A stretch of 64,000 bases of DNA from a virus. Shown here piece after piece: positions 30,083-38,600 of this stretch; the first letter of the stretch is position 1; every line of letters begins with the position of its first letter. The notes beneath the pieces were generated by a model. That model did no database searches and was not told the DNA's origin. It saw only the letters and a list, made by a program, of their open reading frames with translations. A program made the translations under genes and the position numbers. The stretch is taken from the IMG/VR virus record IMGVR_UViG_3300010158_000051, positions 13,820 to 77,819 of that record; one strand, written 5' to 3'.

Positions 30083-31120
30083 ATGCCATATAAAATTGTT
30101 CAACACGGAGATAAGTTTTCAGTAGTAGCACAAAATACTGGACACGTAGCTGGGACACACCCAAGCAAACAAAAAGCACAAGCACAAATGGCGGCTTTGT
30201 ACGCCAACGAACCAGAAGCAAGCGTAAAAAAATGTATGACTTGCGGATGCGATGATTTAGGAAATGATCATCATTATGTTTCTGATACAGAAAAATGCAC
30301 ATATTGTATTGATAAAGGTCAAGGCCCATGTTGGGATGGCTACGAGTATGCTGGGACTAAAGACAAAGATGGTAAGACAGTTCCTAATTGCATTCCCGTT
30401 AAAAAATCTGATGGTGGATATCAACCAAACGCAGGCATGAAAGCAGCAGCACGTCGTGCATTAAAATGGCGAGATGCAGGATTAGCAACTGGAGCGGGAA
30501 CACCCGTTGGTTGGGGTCGTGCAAGCGATATAGTTGCAGGTAGATCAATGTCTCTTGATACAGTTAAAAGAATGTATTCTTTCTTTTCAAGACATGAAGT
30601 TGATAAAAAAGGCAAAAATTGGAACGATCCTTCTAACGGAAAAATTATGTGGAATGCTTGGGGCGGAGATGCAGGATTTGCATGGTCTCGTGCTATTGTA
30701 AACAGAGAAAACAAGATTGAAAAAGAATCAGCTGGTGCTGGAAGATTAGGCGGCGGAAATGGATTTAAACTTGAATACAATGTTCCAGATTGCCAAGGTG
30801 GATATGCTATTACTAAAGTAGGAACAGGACAGGTAATTGGTTGCTATACAACTAAAGCACATGCAGAAGAAGCTATGAAAGCAATAGCAGTAAATGAACC
30901 AATTGTAAAAGGTGGAGATCCAGTTCCAACAAAAGATTCAACTTCTATTTGGGATGGCGTATTTGAGCCAACAGGAGACATAACCTCTGGAACTAATTTT
31001 GGTGACCGTATGGGAGATGTTGGTTGGAGATCAACTTACAACAGCCCACCGCAAAATGACGGAAAACCAAGTGCGGGATACGGAAATCGTTCCGATCAAC
31101 ACGGTAGATCTAATTCATAG
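30083..31120 (+). CDS. Mosaic multi-module protein, probable internal head protein
   Basis: Short modules ('PCWDGYEYAGTK...VPNCIPV', 'TVKRMYSFFSRHE...AWGGDAG') are joined by xxK[S/G/C] linkers. Confidence 0.5.
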   Translation: MPYKIVQHGDKFSVVAQNTGHVAGTHPSKQKAQAQMAALYANEPEASVKKCMTCGCDDLGNDHHYVSDTEKCTYCIDKGQGPCWDGYEYAGTKDKDGKTVPNCIPVKKSDGGYQPNAGMKAAARRALKWRDAGLATGAGTPVGWGRASDIVAGRSMSLDTVKRMYSFFSRHEVDKKGKNWNDPSNGKIMWNAWGGDAGFAWSRAIVNRENKIEKESAGAGRLGGGNGFKLEYNVPDCQGGYAITKVGTGQVIGCYTTKAHAEEAMKAIAVNEPIVKGGDPVPTKDSTSIWDGVFEPTGDITSGTNFGDRMGDVGWRSTYNSPPQNDGKPSAGYGNRSDQHGRSNS

Positions 31121-31140
31121 TTTGTGATATAATATATATA

Positions 31141-31193
31141 CAGAATGCCGTAAGGGTTCTGAATTTAACTAACTTGCTGAAAAGGAGCTAAGT
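31141..31193 (+). promoter_or_regulatory. Structured hsp20 5' leader, ROSE-like thermometer candidate
   Basis: Hairpin CAGAAT-GCCGTAAGG-GTTCTG, then CTTGCT-GAAA-AGGAG pairing over the SD. Confidence 0.55.
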
Positions 31194-31628
31194 ATGACAA
31201 ACCTAACATATACAAATCCATTTACACAAATTCAAACCATTTTTAATGACCCATTTTTCTTGGGTTTTGGTGATCAATTTGTGAGATGGGAAACAAATAA
31301 GAAGACAACCTCTTCATTCCCACCATACAATGTAAAACAAATTGATGAAGATAACTACACGATTGAACTTGCAGTTGCAGGGTATACTCGTGAAGATCTT
31401 GATATCAAGGTGGAAAAAGATACTCTAACAATTAAAAGCGATAAAGATAATGACGATAAGTCTGATTTCTTGCATCGTGGGATTGCTGGACGTAACTTTA
31501 CACAACATTTTACATTAGGTGAATATATGAGTGTTAAGTCAGCTTTACTTGAGAATGGAATGCTTATCATTAAGATTGAGCGTGAACTTCCAGAGGAAGC
31601 TAAGCCTAAGACCATTAAAATCAAATAA
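31194..31628 (+). CDS. hsp20: Small heat-shock protein Hsp20 (IbpA-like)
   Basis: 'FPPYNV', 'IELAVAG', 'LHRGIA.RNF' and 'LENGMLII'. Confidence 0.95.
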   Translation: MTNLTYTNPFTQIQTIFNDPFFLGFGDQFVRWETNKKTTSSFPPYNVKQIDEDNYTIELAVAGYTREDLDIKVEKDTLTIKSDKDNDDKSDFLHRGIAGRNFTQHFTLGEYMSVKSALLENGMLIIKIERELPEEAKPKTIKIK

Positions 31629-31675
31629 GGTATATAATATAAATCTGCACCCCTTCATCGGGGAGTCGCAGATTA

Positions 31676-31708
31676 GGGGCCTGAGCAAGCCCCAAACAAA
31701 AACTGCTC
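31676..31708 (+). ncRNA. H-type pseudoknot motif, copy 1
   Basis: GGGGC-CTGAGCAA-GCCCC-AAACAAAAAC-TGCTC. Confidence 0.65.
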
Positions 31709-31709
31709 T

Positions 31710-32009
31710 TTATTTTTTATCTTTTGTTACGGCTTTTTCAATTCTATCAATTGAATCACGCAATGATGATCCGCCGTTATTAAATAATTCAGCTTTGACT
31801 ATGCTGATTTCTTTTTCAATATTATCAAATCTTGCATTACCGTGTGCTAATCTTTCTACCACACCTGGATACTCTTCTGTTCCGTACCAGTCATCCATAA
31901 ACCTAGTCATAGATTGTACAAAGTTGTATAATTTATGTAAAATAAATCCAATAGATGCAAGTGCAGTTGTTGCTCCACCAATAATAAACAATATGTTAAC
32001 GGATGACAT
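31710..32009 (-). CDS. Membrane-anchored protein
   Basis: N-terminal TM segment and 'NGGSSLRDSIDRIE', a motif common near actinophage lysis genes. Confidence 0.7.
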   Translation of the reverse strand: MSSVNILFIIGGATTALASIGFILHKLYNFVQSMTRFMDDWYGTEEYPGVVERLAHGNARFDNIEKEISIVKAELFNNGGSSLRDSIDRIEKAVTKDKK

Positions 32010-32105
32010 GATAGGTTAATTATACATTGTGATTTATATCACGCAAAATTATTGACAAAAATATAGTAAATAGACTATAATGAAAATAACAAACAAGGGA
32101 GAATC

Positions 32106-32252
32106 ATGGGAAGCAAAAAGAATCAAATGAAGATCAAGGCCGCACTTGAAGTGCGTATAGCCAAGACTCCAAATAAACCAGGATTTAAAAAGCCAGGCTC
32201 AATGAACAAGAAAAAAACGGGATTTGTTAAAATTGCCCCTCTTAACAAATAG
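32106..32252 (+). CDS. Small very basic protein, 48 aa (not in ORF track)
   Basis: TTGACA/TATAAT promoter, GGGAG RBS, MGSKKNQMKIK...GFKKPGSMNKKKTG. Confidence 0.6.
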   Translation: MGSKKNQMKIKAALEVRIAKTPNKPGFKKPGSMNKKKTGFVKIAPLNK

Positions 32253-32266
32253 GGTATAATAAATAC

Positions 32267-32716
32267 ATGGAAGCATTAATTAAAGTACTAAAAGAACTGC
32301 AAGCAGATTCAATGAATATGTATGCACAATCACACGGATACCACTGGAATGTGGAAGGTCGTATGTTTAAGCAAGATCACGCATTTTTCCTAGAAATTTA
32401 CGAGGATCTATTTGATTCAATTGACGATTATGCAGAAAATATTCGTAAGTTAAATGCAAAAGCACCATTTGGATTATCTCAGCTACAAGCAAACAGCGAT
32501 TTAAAAATTAATGATTCGCTTGAATTAAGTGCCACACAAATGTATCTTGAATTAATTACTACAAATAATCATATTATTGAAAAACTAAAAAGTGCTTGCG
32601 ATGTTGCAGATGCTTCTCGTGAACAATCAATTCTTAATTTTTTTGCAGATAGATTAGCACAGCATGAATTTTGGAACTGGCAATTGACAGCATCAATTAA
32701 AACAACTATAATGTAA
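32267..32716 (+). CDS. dps: Dps/ferritin-like protein
   Basis: 'HGYHWNVEG..F...H..F...YE......D..AE.IR'. Confidence 0.9.
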   Translation: MEALIKVLKELQADSMNMYAQSHGYHWNVEGRMFKQDHAFFLEIYEDLFDSIDDYAENIRKLNAKAPFGLSQLQANSDLKINDSLELSATQMYLELITTNNHIIEKLKSACDVADASREQSILNFFADRLAQHEFWNWQLTASIKTTIM

Positions 32717-32743
32717 TTAACAGATCAACGTTCTGATTTATAT

Positions 32744-32770
32744 AAGGGGTACTAGAAATAGTACCTTTTA
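32744..32770 (+). terminator. Intrinsic terminator-like hairpin
   Basis: AAGGGGTACTA-GAAA-TAGTACCTTTT. Confidence 0.6.
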
Positions 32771-32775
32771 TGTTT

Positions 32776-32848
32776 GCCCCCATAGCTCAGAGGATAGAGC
32801 GTTGGACTTCTAAGCCAAGCGTCGTAGGTTCGAGTCCTACTGGAGGCA
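32776..32848 (+). tRNA. tRNA-Arg(TCT)
   Basis: Cloverleaf with ctTCTaa loop and GGTTCGAGTCC. Confidence 0.88.
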
Positions 32849-32849
32849 C

Positions 32850-33371
32850 ATGAAAAGAGATTATTTTAAAAAGTTATGGTCATCTATTTTGTCTAACGGT
32901 GTTAGGCAAGACGGTGATGGTAATTGGAATGTCATAAATTCTTCAACAAATAAAAGAAGAATGGAAGGCAAAGGTTCTTCAGTTGGCGGTCCTGCGGGAG
33001 AAAACCAAAGGCTTTGGATACCAGCAAAAATTATAGTTACACCAGCAGAGTTACAAGAAATCTGGGAAAAACAAGATGGGCGTTGTTATTGGTTTGGTGT
33101 ACAATTAGATTTAGGATTGCTATATAAGGATCACCCTGATTGGATGCCAAAACATCCATTAGCCCCATCTATTGATAAGATAGATGTAAATGGTGATTAT
33201 ACAAAGGAAAATATAGTAATCACCTCAAGGTTCGCAAATTTTGGAAGAAATGTGTGTGACTTTGACAAATTTTATGAAATAGTAAAAACTTTAAAAGGAG
33301 AAGATATATGTCAGCAAAACCAGTACCAGCAGTTACAACCGCTCAACCAGGAACAGCCGCAAGACTATTAG
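32850..33371 (+). CDS. HNH-like endonuclease (degenerate)
   Basis: 'QDGRCYW...PSIDKID...YTKENI......N..RN'. Confidence 0.55.
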   Translation: MKRDYFKKLWSSILSNGVRQDGDGNWNVINSSTNKRRMEGKGSSVGGPAGENQRLWIPAKIIVTPAELQEIWEKQDGRCYWFGVQLDLGLLYKDHPDWMPKHPLAPSIDKIDVNGDYTKENIVITSRFANFGRNVCDFDKFYEIVKTLKGEDICQQNQYQQLQPLNQEQPQDY

Positions 33372-33841
33372 AAATTGCAAAGTCACAAATTGGCGTTGTA
33401 GAAGGTCCAAAAGATAATGAAACAGATTACGGCAAGTTTACAAAGCATGATTTTCAACCTTGGTGCGGAAGTTTCTGCATGTGGGTTGCTAATCAAGCAA
33501 AGGTAACAATTCCTAATACAGTTTATACTCCATCAGGAGCAGATGCTTTTAAGAAAAACAAAAAGTGGTCAGATGCCGCAACAGCAACTCCAAAGCCTGG
33601 AGACATTGTTTATTTTGACTTTGTTAAAGGCGGGAATGCAGTAGAGCATGTAGGCATTGTTGTAAAAGACAATGGTGATGGAACTGTAACAACTTATGAA
33701 GGAAATACAAGTCCAGAACATAAAGCTACTGGAAGTCAAGCAAATGGCGGAGAAGCAGCAGAAAGAATTCGTGCTTACAAAACAAATAAGCGAGGACTAC
33801 TACAATTTATTGTAGGCTTCGGTCATCCAGATTATAAGTAA
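33308..33841 (+). CDS. CHAP-domain endolysin/amidase
   Basis: 'PWCGSF', 'PGDIVYFD', 'HVGIV' and 'EGNTS'. Confidence 0.9.
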   Translation: MSAKPVPAVTTAQPGTAARLLEIAKSQIGVVEGPKDNETDYGKFTKHDFQPWCGSFCMWVANQAKVTIPNTVYTPSGADAFKKNKKWSDAATATPKPGDIVYFDFVKGGNAVEHVGIVVKDNGDGTVTTYEGNTSPEHKATGSQANGGEAAERIRAYKTNKRGLLQFIVGFGHPDYK

Positions 33842-33851
33842 AAGGATAAAA

Positions 33852-34178
33852 ATGGAATACGATCCATCAAATGAAGAGCATCGTGAAGCAATGGAGCACC
33901 TTATAGAAGAAGGTGCTGCAATTCTTGACGGGATTGATGAAGATGGGGAACCAGTCTATAAGTTTGACATGAACGTACTAGAAGAAGTAATGCCAGAACT
34001 ACATCAGGCTATGATGGATGATATGGACAAAGTTCTTATTGATTTATATCAAAAAGGGCTTATTGAGATAAGTTATGATGAAAACCTTAACGCTCAAATG
34101 TCCGTATCTTTAGAAGGCAGGCAGGCTTTGGAAGATGCAGGATTTGACATGGATGGTTCTGAAGAAGAAGAATATTAA
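33852..34178 (+). CDS. Acidic hypothetical protein
   Basis: AAGGA RBS. Confidence 0.65.
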   Translation: MEYDPSNEEHREAMEHLIEEGAAILDGIDEDGEPVYKFDMNVLEEVMPELHQAMMDDMDKVLIDLYQKGLIEISYDENLNAQMSVSLEGRQALEDAGFDMDGSEEEEY

Positions 34179-34208
34179 GGTATAATTAACCATAAGGCGG
34201 TGATTTAA

Positions 34209-34448
34209 ATGGATAACAACCAACAAGTAGCTGGTGCAGGAACAGAACAACCAGCAACAGCAACTCCAGTAACAGAACAAGCAGGCTCAGGTAATACACT
34301 TGCAGCTCCAGCAGTTTCTAACCTAGGAGTGCATAACCCAAGCACAATGAATACAGGAAGCCCATTCACAGGGAAAGATGTTTCAATGACAACACCACAG
34401 TATGCAGGTGGACCAATTGCAACAACTGAAGCAGGCTCACACGCATAA
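34209..34448 (+). CDS. Low-complexity small protein (possible virion internal protein)
   Basis: GGTATAAT promoter and TAATG coupling to the next gene. Confidence 0.55.
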   Translation: MDNNQQVAGAGTEQPATATPVTEQAGSGNTLAAPAVSNLGVHNPSTMNTGSPFTGKDVSMTTPQYAGGPIATTEAGSHA

Positions 34449-35077
34449 TGAATAGCAAACAATTTTTTAATGAAGTTGTTAGCATGATCAAAGCTATTGG
34501 TACTTCATCTTCGGCTAACGAGGAACGAGATGAAAGATCAGTTGAAAACTATGTTAGAGGAAATGCTAACACAAATACAAATTCAAGTATAGGAGGTAGT
34601 ATAGTGTCAAACACAACAGAACCAGATCCACAAGGAGATATTGCGGTAACAAAGTCTTTTTCAAACGCAACAGGTGGTCCACTGATTAATCAGGAAACTC
34701 GTCCAACAGACGGAGTTGCAGTGGCATCAGCACCAAATAATGATGGAGTTGTTCCAAACAACGCAACATTTGATAGCTCAGCAACTTCAGCTATTGCTCC
34801 AACATCTGCACAGATGGCAGAAGCAACAGAAGAAACAATTTCAAAGGCTGCAACTTGCAAGGAATGCGGACAAGCACTTCCAGTAGCAAAAGCAGATGAA
34901 ATTGCAAAAGCAGCAACATGCCAAGATTGCGGAAAGTCAATGGATTTGTGCGATTGCATGGGCAAAGCAGTAGATGAAAAAGAATCTGCAGCGGAAGCAG
35001 CAAAAGAAACTCCAGAAGATGAAAAGGCGGAAATGAAGAAGTCCCTATGGGGCGGAGCATTTGCACCACGTAAGTAA
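34448..35077 (+). CDS. Probable internal head/scaffold-like protein
   Basis: Repeated xxK[A/S] sites, two CxxC motifs and C-terminal KSLWGGAF. Confidence 0.5.
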   Translation: MNSKQFFNEVVSMIKAIGTSSSANEERDERSVENYVRGNANTNTNSSIGGSIVSNTTEPDPQGDIAVTKSFSNATGGPLINQETRPTDGVAVASAPNNDGVVPNNATFDSSATSAIAPTSAQMAEATEETISKAATCKECGQALPVAKADEIAKAATCQDCGKSMDLCDCMGKAVDEKESAAEAAKETPEDEKAEMKKSLWGGAFAPRK

Positions 35078-35099
35078 TTAATTATATATACGTATATAT

Positions 35100-35134
35100 A
35101 TGAACAAGGACGGTAACCCCGTCCTTGTTCATTT
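35100..35134 (+). terminator. Strong hairpin/terminator
   Basis: ATGAACAAGGACGG-TAACC-CCGTCCTTGTTCAT-TT. Confidence 0.7.
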
Positions 35135-35147
35135 CAGAAAGGAAAAA

Positions 35148-35516
35148 ATGAGAGTAATAGTTTTTGGAAGCAAAGATTGGTCAGATTACAATGATCTAAT
35201 CCGTCAACTTACAGTATTGATTGATGACCGTAAACATTTCTATCCTGAAGATACAGAGTACACTTTTGTTCACACAGGTATGCGGGGTGCAGAAAATATG
35301 GTTACAGAATACATTGGTAAGACAGAAAAGTTTCTCAGACAAAAAGGTTATAAGATCAAAGAAGAAATAATCAAAGATAAATCTGGTTTAGCAGATCATT
35401 CTTTAATTGAAGCTATGCCTGATTTTGCCCTTGTTTTTGGAGACTCACCTAGAAATAGGTCATGTGTAAAATTGTTAGAAGCATATGCAGTTCCACACAG
35501 ATATATTAAAAAATAA
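35148..35516 (+). CDS. SLOG/YspA-like (DUF2493-like) protein
   Basis: 'MRVIVFGSKDWSD...VHTGMRGAE'. Confidence 0.6.
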   Translation: MRVIVFGSKDWSDYNDLIRQLTVLIDDRKHFYPEDTEYTFVHTGMRGAENMVTEYIGKTEKFLRQKGYKIKEEIIKDKSGLADHSLIEAMPDFALVFGDSPRNRSCVKLLEAYAVPHRYIKK

Positions 35517-35582
35517 GCTTGACACAAGCGTGTATAAACTGATACAATAGATTAACACTATACTTACTATTAAAGGAATAAA

Positions 35583-35888
35583 ATGACAGATATTGAACCA
35601 TTTGGAAGCTTGCTTTTGATTGAAGAAATTGAGCAGGCAGATAGAAAGACAGCCTCTGGACTTGTATTATCCGCATCAGTTCTTGATAGCGAATTAAAGC
35701 GTGGAAAAGTAATTGCTGTTGGTACAGGTGATTACGATAACGCAGGGAACAAACACGAAATACCCTTGACATTCGGGGATGTAGTAATATATAATGAAGG
35801 TAACGCCACTGAAGTAACAGATGCTTCAGGAAGTAAATACTACTTTATTAACTGGCGACATTTATTTGGAAAAGAAGGTAATATCTAA
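35583..35888 (+). CDS. groES: Co-chaperonin GroES-like protein
   Basis: 'IEPFG...KTASGLVL...GKVIAVGTG...GDVVIY'. Confidence 0.9.
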   Translation: MTDIEPFGSLLLIEEIEQADRKTASGLVLSASVLDSELKRGKVIAVGTGDYDNAGNKHEIPLTFGDVVIYNEGNATEVTDASGSKYYFINWRHLFGKEGNI

Positions 35889-36118
35889 TGACAAAGATTG
35901 TATTAAATTATGATAAAGCACATAGTTTTGTAAACAAGAATAAGAAGAATGGCTTCTTCTGGGATGGTTACACCATTGTAAAATGGACACCAGGCTCCAA
36001 CGGTTACATGCAAAAAAATGGCATGTTTCGAAATAATCAATGGGGTTATTCCTCACGATATGAAGTCACTTCCTCTGGCACATGGGAATTAAACGACAAA
36101 TATGCCAGATTTATTTAG
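35888..36118 (+). CDS. Hypothetical protein
   Basis: Operon coupling. Confidence 0.6.
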   Translation: MTKIVLNYDKAHSFVNKNKKNGFFWDGYTIVKWTPGSNGYMQKNGMFRNNQWGYSSRYEVTSSGTWELNDKYARFI

Positions 36119-36428
36119 TCAATTAGGTTTAGATGAGCAAGATGTTAAGTGGTATCACTTAGCAGCATGCAAAGGTATGCCAATTGATTGGTTCTACGAT
36201 AATTATGAAGCAGATAAAGAATTAGCTAAACAAGCTGATCAAGTATGTTTACATTGTCCTGTAATTAAAATGTGTCACGCACAAGGCGTGATTAACAAAG
36301 AAAAAGGAGTTTGGGGCGGGGTCTACATGGACCTTGGAAGACCAGACAAACAACATAATTCACATAAAGATCCTGAGATATGGAAGCAGTTAAAAAAGGC
36401 ACATGGTAAAAATATCGTACACGGTTGA
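36102..36428 (+). CDS. whiB: WhiB-family Fe-S transcription regulator
   Basis: W...AAC...CxxC.....C...GVWGG. Confidence 0.9.
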   Translation: MPDLFSQLGLDEQDVKWYHLAACKGMPIDWFYDNYEADKELAKQADQVCLHCPVIKMCHAQGVINKEKGVWGGVYMDLGRPDKQHNSHKDPEIWKQLKKAHGKNIVHG

Positions 36429-36681
36429 TATGGCAAAAAAAATAAGGGATGTTAAAGTTCCTGTCAAAGGCCTTATCCTAGATGTTAGAGCAAGACCAAA
36501 CTATCTTGCTTTAACTGTGTATGAAAGCAATATCATGGAATATAACGAAAGTCAACGAATGCAACTGATGGAGTATTTGTTAATGATTAGAAATCTTATC
36601 ATGTCTTATGGAACACCATGTGAAATAGAGGGGATGAAATATACTGATGAGCAAGCAAGAAAACAACGAAGAGCTACCTGA
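36403..36681 (+). CDS. Hypothetical protein
   Basis: Operon packing. Confidence 0.55.
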   Translation: MVKISYTVDMAKKIRDVKVPVKGLILDVRARPNYLALTVYESNIMEYNESQRMQLMEYLLMIRNLIMSYGTPCEIEGMKYTDEQARKQRRAT

Positions 36682-36898
36682 TTTAACTGTTACATATGTC
36701 TACATTCCAGATGAGGACATATATGGAACTCTTATCGCCCAAAATAGTTACTATTCTATAGTAGAATATTTTGATAATGGTGTAGGTTATCGAATTGAAG
36801 TTGACAATGAAGATTTTTTTGTTGTTGATGAATTTGGAATAAGTTACATTGAAGAAACTGAAGACTACGAAGATGAAGAAATGGAAGAAGATTTATAA
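36647..36898 (+). CDS. Acidic hypothetical protein
   Basis: Operon packing. Confidence 0.55.
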   Translation: MSKQENNEELPDLTVTYVYIPDEDIYGTLIAQNSYYSIVEYFDNGVGYRIEVDNEDFFVVDEFGISYIEETEDYEDEEMEEDL

Positions 36899-37128
36899 TG
36901 CAATGTTTTAGTTGCGGAAAGCCAAAAAACGAGCTTCACCCTAAAAAGTCCGATATAATTAATGGAGTGACACTATTAATGTGTCAAACCTGCATAGATG
37001 CTAAATTTGAGCCTAGATGGGTTATTATTCTGAGTGGTAGGCAGAATGGCGTAGATTCAGTAAAAGATTATATTGTTAAGCGACGTTATATAGGCAGAAT
37101 TATTGATGCCGAAGAATTGATCGCTTAG
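36898..37128 (+). CDS. Zinc-finger protein
   Basis: CxxC...CxxC. Confidence 0.6.
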   Translation: MQCFSCGKPKNELHPKKSDIINGVTLLMCQTCIDAKFEPRWVIILSGRQNGVDSVKDYIVKRRYIGRIIDAEELIA

Positions 37129-37141
37129 AAAAGAGGGTAGT

Positions 37142-37450
37142 ATGCTAAAAATTAGCAATGACATGGAAGAAATTATTAATCAGGACAACGCTGTTGTTTA
37201 TTTTAGTGCTGAATGGTGCGGACCATGTAAGCAATTAAAACCACAATATGCTAAAGCTGCGGTAATTGATGCAGACACTATGTATTATGTAGTAGATGTA
37301 GATAAGGTAGGATCAGAGTATTTAAATCAGTATGGTATTCAAAGTATTCCCCAAATTTTTGAAATGAATAAGGGATTAATTAACAAAAAAATTATAGGAA
37401 AAACGTCAGATGCTATTCTGGCAGAAATGGGTAAAACAAATGCAGCGTAA
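37142..37450 (+). CDS. trxA: Thioredoxin
   Basis: WCGPC and 'YGIQSIP'. Confidence 0.93.
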   Translation: MLKISNDMEEIINQDNAVVYFSAEWCGPCKQLKPQYAKAAVIDADTMYYVVDVDKVGSEYLNQYGIQSIPQIFEMNKGLINKKIIGKTSDAILAEMGKTNAA

Positions 37451-37985
37451 TAAGTTAATGATTGCTATTGCTTTAGGACTTACTATGGTAAGTACATCAG
37501 CGATTGCAGCAACTACAGCAAAGAAACCAGATTGGGTTGTTCAGGATAAGAAGGTAACTCCAGGAGCATTGAATCCTTCAGTTACACAATCAAATATTGC
37601 TACAACAGTTTGTAAGTCTGGATGGACAGCAACAATTCGTCCAACAGTAACGTACACAAACAAGCTTAAAGATACACAACTTAAGACAACCTATAAGTCT
37701 TATGTTGCTATTTGGGGTGCAACTTCAGGAGGATATGAAGAAGATCATTTAATCTCACTTCAACTTGGCGGAGATCCATCAAGCGAAAAGAACCTTTGGC
37801 CTCAACCATATGCTGACAATGGTGCACGTAAAAAAGACGTTGTAGAGACTGCTCTAAAGCGTTTGGTATGTGCAGGTACACTTAAGTTGGCTGATGCTCA
37901 AAAGGCTATCTTAGATTGGCCTACAGCCTATAAAAAGTATGTTACAGCAGCAGATGCTGCAAAACCAGACACATCAGATAACTAA
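37440..37985 (+). CDS. Secreted HNH-type nuclease-like protein
   Basis: Signal peptide MQRNKLMIAIALGLTMVSTSAIAA and 'YEEDHLISLQLGG.....NLWPQ'. Confidence 0.7.
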   Translation: MQRNKLMIAIALGLTMVSTSAIAATTAKKPDWVVQDKKVTPGALNPSVTQSNIATTVCKSGWTATIRPTVTYTNKLKDTQLKTTYKSYVAIWGATSGGYEEDHLISLQLGGDPSSEKNLWPQPYADNGARKKDVVETALKRLVCAGTLKLADAQKAILDWPTAYKKYVTAADAAKPDTSDN

Positions 37986-37999
37986 TTAAAGGGATAGAA

Positions 38000-38545
38000 A
38001 TGACAACTATTGTTGGATTGTGTAAAAATGGAACCGTAACACTTGGGGCAGACTCACAAGTTACAGATGATGACAGACGACATAATAGTTTAATCATGGA
38101 AAAAATTACTAAAAATAATGGATATTTAATTGCAGGTAGTGGAGATTCTACTCCTTGCGATATTCTTCAACACATATTTAAACCTCCAGTTCCTACTGTT
38201 GCTGAAAGAAAGAATATGTACAAATTTATGATTACTAAATTTGTACCAGCAATGCGAGAAGCTTTGGAAGAAAATGGTTGGAAACCAACACCTAATGACG
38301 ATTCAGGATTTAGTATGCTTATAGCCTTTGATGGAGAGCTATTTGACATAGGTGATGACTTTAGTGTATTATTGAATGATACGGGCATATATGGGGTCGG
38401 GAACGGCTCAAAATATGCCATAGGAGCATTATCAGTAGGGGCATCTGTAGAAAAAGCTTTAGAGGTTGCCGCAGATAATGATATTTATACATCTGGACCA
38501 TTTCAGATTGTAAAGCAAACCAAGAAGATAAATAAGAATTCGTAA
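38000..38545 (+). CDS. Ntn-hydrolase, HslV/proteasome-beta-like peptidase
   Basis: N-terminal MTTIVG, 'GADSQ', 'KI' and 'GVGNGS.YA.GAL'. Confidence 0.85.
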   Translation: MTTIVGLCKNGTVTLGADSQVTDDDRRHNSLIMEKITKNNGYLIAGSGDSTPCDILQHIFKPPVPTVAERKNMYKFMITKFVPAMREALEENGWKPTPNDDSGFSMLIAFDGELFDIGDDFSVLLNDTGIYGVGNGSKYAIGALSVGASVEKALEVAADNDIYTSGPFQIVKQTKKINKNS

Positions 38546-38600
38546 CACCCGTTACGATAATCCTGATCAGGGATAAAATAAACTAAACTATAGGAGAAAA

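Noticed and set aside
29372-30125. ORF starts at 29372 and 29856
   Set aside because: They overlap clear tRNA genes. The real CDS starts at 29465, and 29856-30125 is spurious.
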